Assembly: GCF_006345805.1 (NCBI RefSeq)
Contig: NC_043002.1
Coordinates: forward strand, 34,286,001-34,350,000
DNA from: Octopus sinensis
Lineage: Eukaryota
DNA: 64,000 nt
Direction of reading: 5' to 3'
Positions 26,032 through 39,280 of this stretch are shown here, one piece after another. Positions within the stretch are counted from its first letter, which is position 1, and every line of letters starts with the position of its first letter. Below the pieces are notes generated by a model. That model was given only the letters and a program-made list of their open reading frames with translations. It was not told the origin of the DNA and did not search any database. The translations under genes were made by a program, and so were the position numbers.

Positions 26032-26315
26032 ATATACTATATATATATGTATATAACTATATATGTATATATATATATATAGTTATATATGTACATATAT
26101 ATATAGTTATATATGTACATTTCTGGATGTATGTATATAGGTTATGTGTATGTAGTGGTTGTACATGCTTGTGTTTGACAACGGCTTTCTGATACAAATA
26201 TATCACGTGGTACAGATTAATTCTGATTTGGCCAACCGAATGTTAGTTTTCGTAATTTGCAGGATTTTCGGAGGTTTCATGATATCTCCAAATAGCAGGC
26301 CCCTCAGAGATCCTG

Positions 26316-26363
<48 letters not shown>

Positions 26364-26377
26364 GTGTGTGCGTGCAT

Positions 26378-26424
<47 letters not shown>

Positions 26425-26530
26425 TGTGTCTCTGTGTGTGTGTGTGTGTGTGTCTGTGAGTATGAATATACAAATATATATAAATACGTAAATACATAAT
26501 ATATACATATGCATATATATATACACATAT
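25460..26530. repeat. Tandem duplication, unit about 535 bp
   Basis: The unique core GTACATTTCTGGATG...GGCCCCTCAGAGATCCTGAT starts at 25580 and 26115; the copies differ mainly by 1-2 nt indels. Confidence 0.9.
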
Positions 26531-27123
26531 ATATGTGCATATGTGTGCGCGCGTGTGTGTATGTATGTATGTATGCATGCATGCGTGTATGTATGTATGT
26601 ATGTATGTATATCCATGGTTTGGCTGTTATAGTTGTATTCGTGCGTGTAGCTGTGTACGCCTGTCGTCTGCTAGGTGTGTGTGTGTGTATGTGTGTGCGT
26701 GCGTGCATATGTGTGTTCACGCGCGCGGGCGCACGTGTCTGCCAGGAGGAGCCCTAGTTTAATAAAGTCATATCAACATAATCAGTAACTTTTTTTCAGA
26801 TGAAAACAAACAACAGAGGGAAAGAACAGACTAGACTGATTTAGTGTAGCATGAAGCCAGCACCGCAGCCTCTCACAGACACCGTACACAGAGCTTCGCG
26901 CCACTTGTCTTACCTCACGCAGAATAACATAGTCTCGCGCCACTTTGTCTTACTTCACGCAGACCAAAGCTTCTGTTGCTGGAGAGAACTGGCTCCGAAA
27001 CCGTATAGACATTGCTAGCAAAAGAAAGGAAACAAGGGCGCCAGCCAGTGCTATGAATTGTTTCACAAAATTTACCGTTTTGTGTAGGTGACTTGCTGTC
27101 ACGTTGAACCTATAATGTTGAAG

Positions 27124-27210
<87 letters not shown>

Positions 27211-27611
27211 TGATAGTTAGATAGATATGTTTCTTTATTAGCCACACAGGGCTGCACACAGATAGAACAAATTACAAGGTAGGTCTTTTCTTTTGAAGTA
27301 TTAAAAAAAAAAAAAAAAAAAAAAGGAAGGGGGAGGTTCGATCAAAAAGGATCGTAAAAGGAGAGAAAGAGGACAAAAATAAGGGGGGTTAAAAAAAAAT
27401 AAAAAAAAAAAGGGGGGGGAGAGGAAAAAAAAATGATCAATAGGGATCGTTATCACAGAAATGTCAATATGAAGTGTAAAGGGGAGGACAGGTGAGGTTT
27501 ACCCGTGGAAAGAAAAGCCTGCGGAAAAGACCACGGTAACCTCGGTCAATGAAGTCACATTTTATATTTCTTTTTTTTTTTTTTTTTTTTTGCAAATAAG
27601 CAACTCTCTGT

Positions 27612-27702
<91 letters not shown>

Positions 27703-27735
27703 GTAGTTAGGTATGTAGGTAGGTAGGTAGGTAGG

Positions 27736-27786
<51 letters not shown>

Positions 27787-28123
27787 TAGATAGATAGATA
27801 GATAGATAGATAGAGAAGAGTGTATACATATACAGACATACGTATATTCACACTCACATGCACTCACACACACATGCACAGACACATACGCACGTGCGCG
27901 CATGCATATTTTTATTATAATTCAATTTACAAATATTAGATAGACCATTTATCCTCATGTGATTTATTCTGTATGTGCAAATTCACCTACCCACCACACA
28001 ATATATATATGTGTGTATATATATATGTGTGTGTGTAATTATATTATATATATATGTATATATATAATGTACACAAATATACATATAATATATGTGTGTG
28101 AGTGTATGTGCTTGTATATATAT

Positions 28124-28163
<40 letters not shown>

Positions 28164-28550
28164 TATATATAGTATATATATATATATTATATAATCACGT
28201 GATCACGTGACCGCCCAGACCATCAGATGTTGTTACACATCGCTGGTCACAATGCGTTCGCATTATTTTAGCCTTCGAATGACGCCACCCCGCTGGCTAA
28301 GCGAGCAGGCCAATATATATATATACATATATATATACACACACACAAAATTAAGAGGAATAGCAACACCCTATATGCTAAACATAGACGTCAAATCGTC
28401 ATTACCACGAAGAGAACACTTTCTTTGATATACATGTATACACACACATACATATGCATCCCTATGTAAATGTATGCTCTACATGTTTGTTTGTGTACGA
28501 GAGCACATGCACACAAACATCCTTATGGGTATTAAGATCTTTGTCTTTTA

Positions 28551-28627
<77 letters not shown>

Positions 28628-28700
28628 CCTACCTATCTATCTATCTATCTATGTGTATGTGTGTATATACATTCATACATACGTATACATATATATATTT

Positions 28701-28820
28701 ATCCGAAAAGTATTAAATATCCATCACGGCTGATCTTACCGTTCGGTTTCGCCTGAAGAATACAATGGAGTGTTAGGTAAGATTAACCGTGAGGGATATT
28801 TAATACTATACTTTTCGGAT
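28701..28820. repeat. Small fold-back (about 40 bp arms, 35 nt spacer)
   Basis: ATCCGAAAAGTATTAAATATCCATCACGGCTGATCTTACC pairs with GGTAAGATTAACCGTGAGGGATATTTAATACTATACTTTTCGGAT. Confidence 0.85.
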
Positions 28821-28904
28821 GGATATACGAGTGCATTTTTCCCTGACTTATAGTCTCTTAGAGGATTCACGCACGCTATAGATATACATATAATAATAAA
28901 TAAA

Positions 28905-29152
28905 TGCGGCCTTTTAAAGCCTAGCCAGGCCCATGAGCCCGGTTTCCCGGCTTCCATGGCGTATGTGTTCCCCAGCTGGATGGGACGCCAGTCCATCGCA
29001 GCCTTACTCATTTTTGCAAGCTGAGTGGACTGGAGCAACGTGAAATGAAATATTTTGCTCAAGAACACAACGCGTCGCCCAGTCCAGGAATCGAAACCAC
29101 AATCTTACGATCATGATGCTGACACCCTAACCACTAAACCACGCGCCTCCAC
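28905..29152 (-). mobile_element. tRNA-derived SINE (family D) with a GATGGACTGGCGTCCCATCCAG segment (V-SINE-like)
   Basis: A box TGGTTTAGTGG and B box GTTTCGATTCC on the minus strand. A related 3' segment lies at about 6550-6660(+). Confidence 0.75.
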
Positions 29153-29211
29153 AATATACATATTGATATACATATACATACAATATATATATATATATAA
29201 TATATATATAT

Positions 29212-29258
<47 letters not shown>

Positions 29259-30031
29259 CATGAACACACACATGTACACACACAGATGTGCGTGTGTATG
29301 TGTGAATCTCTCATCTTTTTCCCTATCGATCGATCAATCTGTCTGTCCACTGGCTGCAAGTCATCTGTAGGTTGGTAATCTCGAAGTATTCCTCAGATAC
29401 GTGTACTTTTAACATGATCTCCAGGTACCATTAGTATGACAGATAGTATGGCAGGACTATACCTTTGAATAACACTGTCCATCTGACATGCCTTCACTGT
29501 TTCTGCCCACCAAACTTCACCTACAAGATAAAACTCCTTGTTATTAGTCATATGCTCAAATTCCCATGCAGTGGGGTGGAAACCGGAACCTTATAATTGT
29601 GAAACAAACGTGTTGACCAATAGGCCATGTCTGCATCAATCATCTATCAATTCATGCATACATATATACCAGAACATATATATACATTCATTCACTCACA
29701 CATACATACATACATACATACATAGATGCATGCATACATACATACATACATACATACATACATACATACATACATACATACATACATACATACATACATA
29801 CATCATACATGCATGTATGCATACATACATAATCTACCTCCCTAGCATAATCATACATACATACATACCTACATACATACATAATATATGTTATATATAT
29901 AATATATATATATACATATTATATATATATAATAATATACATACATATATGCATACCACATATATATGTATATATAATACATATATATATAAATACATAT
30001 AATAATATACATATATATATCTATATATAAT

Positions 30032-30063
<32 letters not shown>

Positions 30064-30702
30064 ATTATATATATAGATATATATATATATATATGTATAC
30101 GTATACATATACATATACATATACATACATGGCGCAGGTTTGGCTGTGTGGTGAGATGCTTCTCAACCACATGGTTCCTGGTTCAGTCCCACAACGTGAC
30201 ACCTCGGGCCAACCAAACTGAAAGAATTGTATGTAGAATGAACCCACAGGTTAACTGTAAGGTCAGGAAATAGTGCATAGCTTACGATGTACTGAGGGGA
30301 CGGAGCAAGCATGACAACTACTTACATTGAAGAGACAGTACACAGCATAGGAGAGTGTATAGGTGAACACTGGTGAAAGCTCAAAAAAGAGAATGATTCG
30401 TCAGTGCTCTACTAACATGCTAAAGCAGAACATAGAGACTCAGTCAATAGCATAGAGGTCAAAGCACTATGAACGCATAGAACTGAGACGACGCTTAGAT
30501 TACAGAAGCTACATACATAACAGTAGACAGACCGAGCCTCAACAGAAAACATGAATGGAACAATAACACCCACCACCACACCACACAACATGACTACTAA
30601 AGACAGAAGAGAAACAAACAAAAAAAAAACAAATACAAACAGCTTTATACACATACAATAAACATATATGCACATACCTATGATAAATATAAAAAAATTA
30701 AG

Positions 30703-31015
30703 CCTCGGGCCGACCAAAGCCTTGTGAGTGGATTTGGTAGACGGAAACTGAAAGAAGCCCGTCGTATATATGTATATATATGTATGCGAGTGTGTATTTG
30801 TGTGTCTGTGTTTGTCCCCTAGCATTGCTTGACAACCGATGCTGGTGTGCTTATGTCCCCGTCACTTAGCGGTTCGGCAAAACAGACCGATAGAATAAGT
30901 ACTTGGGCTTACAAAAGAATAAGTCCCGGGGTCGAGTTGCTCAACTAAAGGCGGTGCTCCAGCATGGCCGCAGTCAAATGACTGAAACAAGTAAAAGAAT
31001 AAAAAAGAAGAATAA
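30703..31015 (+). mobile_element. Composite SINE (family B+C), 3' two-thirds
   Basis: GCCTCGGGCCGACCAAAGCCTTGTGAGTGGATTTGGTAGACGG, a TA/TG tract, and the tail AAGGCGGTGCTCCAGCATGGCCGCAGTCAAATGACTGAAACAAGTAAAAG. Confidence 0.85.
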
Positions 31016-33625
31016 AAAAACTGTATAAAGGACACGGATGCAAACAATATAGGAAGCGAACCCATATATACACACATTCGATATCTTCACAGACGGCCGC
31101 AACAATATCAACAACACGACTAACAACAATGGCAGCAACGACAACAACAACGACAACTACCGCGATGGCTGCAACCTGAGCGAACACACAAACACAGTGA
31201 GTTACAGAAACGATACAAAAGGTTGGGTTCAAGAACAGCAGCAGCAGCAACGGGGTAAGAGACGGGGCTGAGGGGAGGGTCATAGAGCTACTAAAAGCAA
31301 TGACACACACACACAAAATCATGCTCGTATAAGGATACACGTCATAGAAGAACAGAATGGAATAAGCAGAGTAAGAGCACACACGAAGACGGAAAGTATC
31401 GGAAAGTGTTACAGATGTGTGACGAAAGTTTTCCGGACAACGGATATGAGTTAGAATAAGAACAGTAATAAACGAATGAAGAATGAATTTATATGTATAT
31501 AAAATACTGAACCGTTGAAATCTATAAGTTTTTTCATTCTCTCCGTTTATTTTTTCACATTCCTTTCTGCTGAAGAGCGTAGGCTCAAAGCATAAAAGAC
31601 TTTTTCATTTTATCGAGCGTCAAACTAATTCATTTGCTTGTTGTTCATACACCTGTCTCCGTCATTTGTTTTCCTATAAATTTCAACTGTATGTATATGT
31701 TGGGGCACCGCCTTGGCATTTTTAGTCTAACAAATCGGCCCTGTGTTTTTTTTTATGAAGCCTGGGGATCTTTCAGTGTGGCTGCCAATTTTCGAAAATT
31801 CAAACTTTAGTGAAATTTTTTAAAATTTGGCACATTAATGTAGTTTTCCAAGCTGAATCTCAGGAGATATTTTACTTTTACCAGAAAAATTTTTTTTTTA
31901 AATGTTATATAGGTTTAAATTTTGAAAATTTTCACCCAGTCAGAAAGCAGGAATTGGAAGCTGTCATTTTGTGCGTGACTACACTGAAACAAACACGCGA
32001 ACATTGTAACATTGGATCTTTTCATTTTGGCTGCCAAATTTTAAAAATCCAAAGTTTATTAAAATATATTTGTCAACGCATGTGTATAGAATATATTCCT
32101 CGCTGCTGCAGGCAAAAGAGTTCTCATGTTTGGTTTGTTACTATGGAAGCAGGCATGAATGCGTCTGTGGCTTACAATTGACTAAAATTACCCAAAATAA
32201 ACAAACATAAAAGCTAATACTCTTTATTTCTTGATTTGTTGCGAAAAAACGATAGAATAAGTACTTGGGCTTACAAAAGAATAAGTCCCGGGGTCGAGTT
32301 GCTCACTAAAGTAAAGGCGGTGCTGTGCTCCACATGCCGCAGTCAAATGACTGAAACAAGTAAAAGAAGAATAAAAAAGAAGAATAAAAAAAAACTTAAA
32401 GGACACGGATGCAAACAATATAGGAAGCGAACCCATATATACACACATTCGATATCTTCACAGACGGCCGCAACAATATCAACAACACGACTAACAACAA
32501 TGGCAGCAACGACAACCACAACGACAACTACCGCGATGGCTGCAACCTGAGCGAACACACAAACACAGTGAGTTACAGAAACGATACAAAAGGTTGGGTT
32601 CAAGAACAGCAGCAGCAGCAACGGGGTAAGAGACGGGGCTGAGGGGAGGGTCATAGAGCTACTAAAAGCAATGACACACACACACAAAATCATGCTCGTA
32701 TAAGGATACACGTCATAGAAGAACAGAATGGAATAAGCAGAGTAAGAGCACACACGAAGACGGAAAGTATCGGAAAGTGTTACAGATGTGTGACGAAAGT
32801 TTTCCGGACAACGGATATGAGTTAGAATAAGAACAGTAATAAACGAATGAAGAATGAATTTATATGTATATAAAATACTGAACCGTTGATCTAAATCTAT
32901 AAGTTTTTTTCATTCTCTCCGTTTATTTTTTCACATTCCTTTCTGCTGAAGAGCGTAGCTCAAAGCATAAAAGACTTTTTCATTTTATCGAGCGTCAAAC
33001 TAATTCATTGCTTGTTGTTCATACACCTGTCTCCGTCATTTGTTTTCCTATAAATTTCAACTGTATGTATATGTTGGGGCACCGGCCTTGGCATTTTTAG
33101 TCTAACAAATCGGCCCTGTGTTTTTTTTTATGAAGCCTGGGGATCTTTCAGTGTGGCTGCCAATTTTCGAAAATTCAAACTTTAGTGAAATTTTTTAAAA
33201 TTTGGCACATTAATGTAGTTTTCCAAGCTGAATCTCAGGAGATATTTTACTTTTACCAGAAAAATTTTTTTTTTAAATGTTATATAGGTTTAAATTTTGA
33301 AAATTTTCACCCAGTCAGAAAGCAGGAATTGGAAGCTGTCATTTTGTGCGTGACTACACTGAAACAAACACGCGAACATTGTAACATTGGATCTTTTCAT
33401 TTTGGCTGCCAAATTTTAAAAATCCAAAGTTTATTAAAATATATTTGTCAACGCATGTGTATAGAATATATTCCTCGCTGCTGCAGGCAAAAGAGTTCTC
33501 ATGTTTGGTTTGTTACTATGGAAGCAGGCATGAATGCGTCTGTGGCTTACAATTGACTAAAATTACCCAAAATAAACAAACATTAAAAGCTAATAACTCT
33601 TTATTTCTTGATTTGTTGCGAAAAC
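30889..33625. repeat. Tandem duplication, unit about 1.36 kb (30889-32250 and 32251-33625)
   Basis: GATAGAATAAGTACTTGGGCTTAC starts at 30889 and 32251; the ORF track shows an identical 123-aa ORF in both copies. Confidence 0.95.
31093..31254 (+). CDS. Candidate 162-nt symmetric phase-1 exon, Asn/Gln-rich (duplicate at 32464-32625)
   Basis: CTTCACAG| acceptor and GGG|GTAAGA donor around the open frame GRNNINNTTNNNGSNDNNNDNYRDGCNLSEHTNTVSYRNDTKGWVQEQQQQQR. No partner exon identified. Confidence 0.25.
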
Positions 33626-33819
33626 GAATTTCAAAGAAGTTATTAGCTTATAAAACCATATCGATACACCGAATATGAAATCAATTCGAGCTGGAATTGA
33701 AGAGATTGAAAATTGGCAGCCGAAGAGAAAAGATCCAGCCTGGTTCTTTTTCTATCGGTTTCTTTTATCGAACTGTAAAGAAGCATGCTTGTCAAGTGTT
33801 GGTGGATGATAAGAATACA

Positions 33820-33859
<40 letters not shown>

Positions 33860-34598
33860 CACAATCACACACACGCACACACACACACGCAACACTCACG
33901 TACATATACTTATATATGTATGTACGTATGTATGTATGCATGTATGTATTTATTTATCTACACACACACACATACACACATGTATATACATACACGCATA
34001 TATTTGTATATACGTATATATATATATATATATTATATATATATATATATGTATGTATTAAGGGTTGAAGATAATGAATACAACAAGGAGAAAAGTTTAG
34101 ACGAAAGCAGAGTAGACGAAAACTAAACGGACAGGAAATTAGACAAGGCTACGATACACGAAAAATTCTCAGCTGAGTTTTTTTCTCCAGTCAAAAACGC
34201 AAAATATCATAGTAGTTTCACGCCAATTACCTTTGATGCTGCTCAGTTTTGCAGGCGCCAGCGCTTTTATTAAGTTACTGGGAAAACGCTAGCGAATGTC
34301 TGGTAAGACAAAAACAAACAAGACATTATATAAATACAACAGACAACGAACTATGCATATATAACGGCATGAAGCATTACAGCTATATAGAAACGAATAA
34401 AAAATTATTATACATATACCACAAAAACAACAGTAAGAGCTTTGCAGCTGTCGAATGAACTGAGTGGGGTTACGCAAAGAGGAAACAGAGTAATTCCTGG
34501 AGGAGAGAACGGACGCAGCAGGAGCCGAGGCCAGCGTGACCAGTCTGGTCAAAAGTATGGTGGAAAAGCACGACACCGCTTTTTTACGGGCACCGGTA

Positions 34599-34698
34599 NN
34601 NNNNNNNNNNNNNNNNNNNNNNNNNNNNNNNNNNNNNNNNNNNNNNNNNNNNNNNNNNNNNNNNNNNNNNNNNNNNNNNNNNNNNNNNNNNNNNNNNN
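34599..34698. other. Assembly gap (100 N)
   Basis: Run of N. Confidence 1.
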
Positions 34699-35031
34699 AA
34701 CTCTCGATAAAAAGTTAATTCTTATTATCTCCCTTAACAAGTTGGCATAATCGTTAGCATGGCACGCAAAATGTTAGCAGTATTTATTTCTTCCTCCTGC
34801 CTTTTTTTTTTTATTATTCAAGGTTGACTTCGCTTTTCATCTTATTTGGATCGATAAAAAAAAACTTCCAGTTGAGCCCTGGTGTCAGTGTAATCCCCTC
34901 CAAAAACTGCTGGTCTTGTACCATAATTTTAAACCCTTATTTTCGAAACACTATCACATCTCGGTCCTTCTCTTCACTTTCTTCTATTCTTCCTATTTTT
35001 CCTTCAGCACCCACTCTTTCACCTCCTTTTT

Positions 35032-35062
<31 letters not shown>

Positions 35063-35624
35063 ACAACAACAACAACGTTAATCCTATACAATTATGATCG
35101 ATATTCAAGCTACTTTTTTTTATTTAAGTGAATATTCTAGCGCTTGTGTTTAGAGTAGTGCCCGTATGACGAGAGTGAGGGAGAGAAGGAGAGAAAGAGA
35201 GAAAGAGAGAGAGAGAGAATGGGATAGAGAGACAGAGAGGGAGAGATAGAGAGACAGAGAGAGAAAGAGAGAAAGAGAGAGCGCTGTGTATTTCAGTACT
35301 TTAACAAAATACAAACACCAGGATGTAAAGTCGATTGAGTTCAGTACCTTAGAGCCCCTAGAAGGAGTTACTTCGCTGTAATGGTGGGTCAGATATGGAT
35401 TTGAACTCAAGACCCACAGGCGTCGCATCCGTCGCTTTAAAAATTTCTGTCAATTCCCACCTGAGATTTACTGTCTCCCGAAAGAAGGAAACACCAAGTT
35501 GGTCTCCGTGTTATTCGAACCCAGTATGTAGACAGCCGAAACATATGCTCGGAAGTAATTTAATCCGACATACTGTTTATACATTATTTGTACTCTATTT
35601 TATATCTTTTCTTTGACTCCGCCG

Positions 35625-35935
35625 GTTACGACGACGAGGGTCCCAGCTGATACGATCAACGGAACAGCTTGCTCGTGAAATTAACGTGCAAATGGCTGAG
35701 CATTCCACAGACACGTGTACCCTTAACGTAGTTCTCGGGGATAATCAGCGTGACACAGAGAGTGACAAGGCTGACCCTTTGAAATACAAGTACAACTCAT
35801 TTTTGCCAGCTGAGTGGACTGGAGCAACGTGAAATAAAGTGTCTTGCTCAAGGACACAACGCGTCGCCGGGAATCGAACTCACAACCTTACGATCATGAG
35901 CCGAATGCCCTAACCACTAAGCCACGCGCCCTCAC
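35625..35935 (-). mobile_element. Full-length tRNA-derived SINE (family D)
   Basis: The minus strand begins GTGAGGGCGCGTGGCTTAGTGGTTAGGG..GAGTTCGATTCCCGG, then CCTTGAGCAAGACACTTTATTTCACGTTGCTCCAG. Relatives at 37000-37085(-), 44155-44315(+) and 53990-54062(-). Confidence 0.85.
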
Positions 35936-36058
35936 TCTATTTTATATATTCTAATCTCTTTTACCTTAGGCTTTCTTTTACTTTCCTCTAAGTATCTGTA
36001 TGTGAACGTGCGTCTGTTTATGTATGTATGTGTGAGTATATATATGTATGTATGTATG

Positions 36059-36103
<45 letters not shown>

Positions 36104-36405
36104 ATATATATAATATATATATATATATAACAATAATAAAGGGTAAAATTTATTAATCAATTAATAATTAATAATTTACCAACTAGTTCGTTATGTTAAA
36201 AGAACCATTATCGGTAGCCTTAAACAAAAATTCTATAATTATAAGCATGATTATAATTAGGGTTCAGCAAATTGCTTCACCACATACCGAAATTAGAAAT
36301 AGCAGTTAAATACTATCCATTACCATAAGATATCTCCCAAACAGCAATGCTCCTAGATATATACATACACATATATTATAGATATATATATATATATAAT
36401 ATATA

Positions 36406-36466
<61 letters not shown>

Positions 36467-36492
36467 GGTGTGGGGTTGTGTGGTGTGTGTGT

Positions 36493-36593
<101 letters not shown>

Positions 36594-36595
36594 GT

Positions 36596-36993
36596 CTGTG
36601 ATATTTAATGACAATTATAGTTTTTCTTTTTGGTGATATATTGCTAAACAGCTGCCTAATTTAATAATTTGTATACACATTAGTGATTTGCTAAATCATC
36701 CATAGATTTCTGTAGAGTAGACATATATACTGCTAGCGATCTTGTTGTGCCGATCCTGCTGATGAGTGCTTCAGTCTTAAAGCCGAAACTATCGATGGTC
36801 CAGGGATATCATGACTGCTATTTTCGGCCGTTTATGTTCGCTGTAAGTATGTATGTATACAATTGTGTGCGTTGACTGCAGCAACAGAGCAGTTTAGCTC
36901 TTATTTCTAGCATTGTAGGTGCTCTTAAACACACTGTCATATTTAATGACACTTGCAGATTTTCCTTTCCGGTGATATATTGGTAAACAGCTA
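36596..36993 (+). mobile_element. Retrozyme-like unit: 338 bp monomer plus ~58 bp terminal direct repeat, with a central intact HHR
   Basis: CTGT(G/C)ATATTTAATGACA...GGTGATATATTG(C/G)TAAACAGCT starts at 36596 and 36934. HHR at 36753-36807. Confidence 0.65.
36753..36807 (+). ncRNA. Type I hammerhead ribozyme with canonical core
   Basis: ATCCTG-CTGATGA-G(T)GCTT-CAGTCTTA-AAGCC-GAAA-CTATCGATGG-TC-CAGG(G)AT. Predicted cleavage is 3' of C36800 (GUC). Confidence 0.8.
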
Positions 36994-37454
36994 TCTGAAA
37001 TGAAGTGCTTTGCTCAAGAACACAACGCGTCGCCCGGTCCAGTAATCGAAACCACAATCTTACGACCATGAGTCCAACACCCTAAATAATGATAATGAAA
37101 TTATTGTATACAGTGCTCAGGTGCACCACAACTTGTCAATTATTTATATATGTATGTATATATAAAATATTACTAAAATATTTCTTCTTTTAATGCATAC
37201 ACCAACAACAGTAACAACAACAACCTTTCATAAAAATGTAACTGAGAAACAGTTGATGTAGTGATGTTTATTCGGTTTGTCTAGCTTTGTATCTGCCGGA
37301 AGATTATCTTTCGCTCGGTTTACACAAAAGGTCAGAGGACAGGTTTAGTATGACAAAGTGTATACATATATACATACATACATGCGTGTATGTATACATG
37401 TATGTATGTATGTATGTATGTATGTATGTATGTATGTATGTATACTCTCTCTCT

Positions 37455-37835
37455 CTTTTACTCTTTTACTTGTTTCAGTCATTTGACTGCGGCCATGCTG
37501 GAGCACCGCCTTTAGTCGAGAAATCGACCCCAGGACTTATTCTTTGTAAGCCCAGAAATTCTTATTCTATCGGTCTGTTTTGCCGAACCGCTAAGTTACG
37601 GGACGTAAAAACAACCAGCATCGGTTTTGTCAAGCAATGCTAGGGAGACAAAACATCAGACAAACACACACACACATATATATACATATATACGACAGGC
37701 TTCTTCAGTTCCGTCTACCAAATCCACTCACAGGCATTGGTCGGCCCGGGGCTATAGAAGACACTTGCCCAAGATGTCACGCAGTGGGACTGAACCGGAA
37801 ACCAGTGGTTTGGTTAGCAAGCTACTTACCACACA
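37455..37835 (-). mobile_element. Composite SINE (family B+C), near full length
   Basis: Same head, microsatellite and tail layout as 15535-15935. Confidence 0.85.
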
Positions 37836-37964
37836 GTATGTATGTATGTATGTATGTATGATGTATGTATGTATGTATGTATAACCTCTGAAGCGTGAGG
37901 AAGGAAGGAACAATATAATTAATCAACATTCCTTCGTTATGTGTTCAAGTATTGCTTGCTTCCA

Positions 37965-38069
<105 letters not shown>

Positions 38070-38231
38070 ATTAAATAAAATTTCATGCATAAAAAGAAAA
38101 AAAAGCAGTAATATCAATTCATCCCAAAAAAGCTACTTGTGAGAGGCTGGAATCCTATCCAGGAGTAGAATTTATCTCACGAGCTATCAGATTGGAATGG
38201 ACATAGTTGCACGTCAAATATTCATAGTAGT

Positions 38232-38267
<36 letters not shown>

Positions 38268-38751
38268 AGGGGGTGGAGTGGGACGAGAGTGAGGGTAGTA
38301 GTAGGGGGTTAGCAACAAGTCACTCTTCATCAAGCAGGCATGATAGCCATTCCACCAGCGTCCATTAGGTAAATAGATGTACATTATCAAAGGTGTAATT
38401 CTACGAAGATTCGCTTGCTATTTCTCGCAAGAAGAGTGAACATATAGCTACTCAAAGTGACTCGTAACTTTGAGTGACCATTTTCTCAATTTTGCGTCGA
38501 AATATTCCAATCCATTCCTGTCACAGACCAAGAAACCGTTACAAACTTCAAACTTATTAGTAAGTCACTTTTCCCAATGGGTCTAAGGGAGGTAAATCAG
38601 TTATTACTTCTTCACAAATGCTATATCGTTTTTGTAATTAGGTACAATATTTGAACACTTTGGCTCTAACACACTATACCAACACGACATAAAACTACAT
38701 ACATACATACATACATACATACATACATACATACACACATACACACACACA

Positions 38752-38797
<46 letters not shown>

Positions 38798-38904
38798 TAA
38801 TGACGAAGGTATTCCTCTTCGTTAATATTTCTACCCCGTCGGCTATAGCTATGTGTGTGTGTGTGTGTGTGGTGTGTGTGTGTGTGTGTGTGTATGTTAC
38901 TTAT

Positions 38905-39280
38905 TTCTTTATTGCCCACAAGGGGCTAAACATAGAGGGAACAAACAAGAACAGACAAACGGATTAAGTCGATTACATCGATCCCAGTGCGTAACTGGTA
39001 CTTATTTAATCGACTCCGAAAGGAAGAAAGGCAAAGTCGACCTCGGCGGAATTTGAAGTCAGAACGTAGCGGCAGACGAAATACCCATTTCTTTACTACC
39101 CACGAGGGGCTAAGCACAGAGAGGACAAACAAGGACAGACAAAGGGATTAAGTCGATTACATCGACCCCAGTGAGTAACTGGTACTTATTTAATCGACCC
39201 CGAAAGGATGAAAGGCAAGGTCGACCTCGGCGGAATTTGAACTCAGAACGAAACCGCAGACGAAATACCGCTGAGCATTT
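38905..39280 (-). mobile_element. Two adjacent family A SINE copies
   Basis: GGCAA(A/G)GTCGACCTCGGCGGAATTTGAA occurs twice, at about 39030 and 39215. Confidence 0.85.

Noticed and set aside
26970-27008. CTGTTGC-T-GGAG..CTCC-GAAA-CCG-TA motif
   Set aside because: Stem II and GAAA fit, but there are two core substitutions, an incomplete stem III and a weak stem I; too degenerate to call.
31810-32181. 123-aa ORF MKFFKIWH..., present twice
   Set aside because: AT-rich with no recognisable domain; the second copy is due to the tandem duplication. It is probably a DNA-transposon end.
35870-35935. tRNA-like A/B boxes here and in other SINE heads
   Set aside because: They continue into SINE body sequence and lack a full cloverleaf, so they are not tRNA genes.
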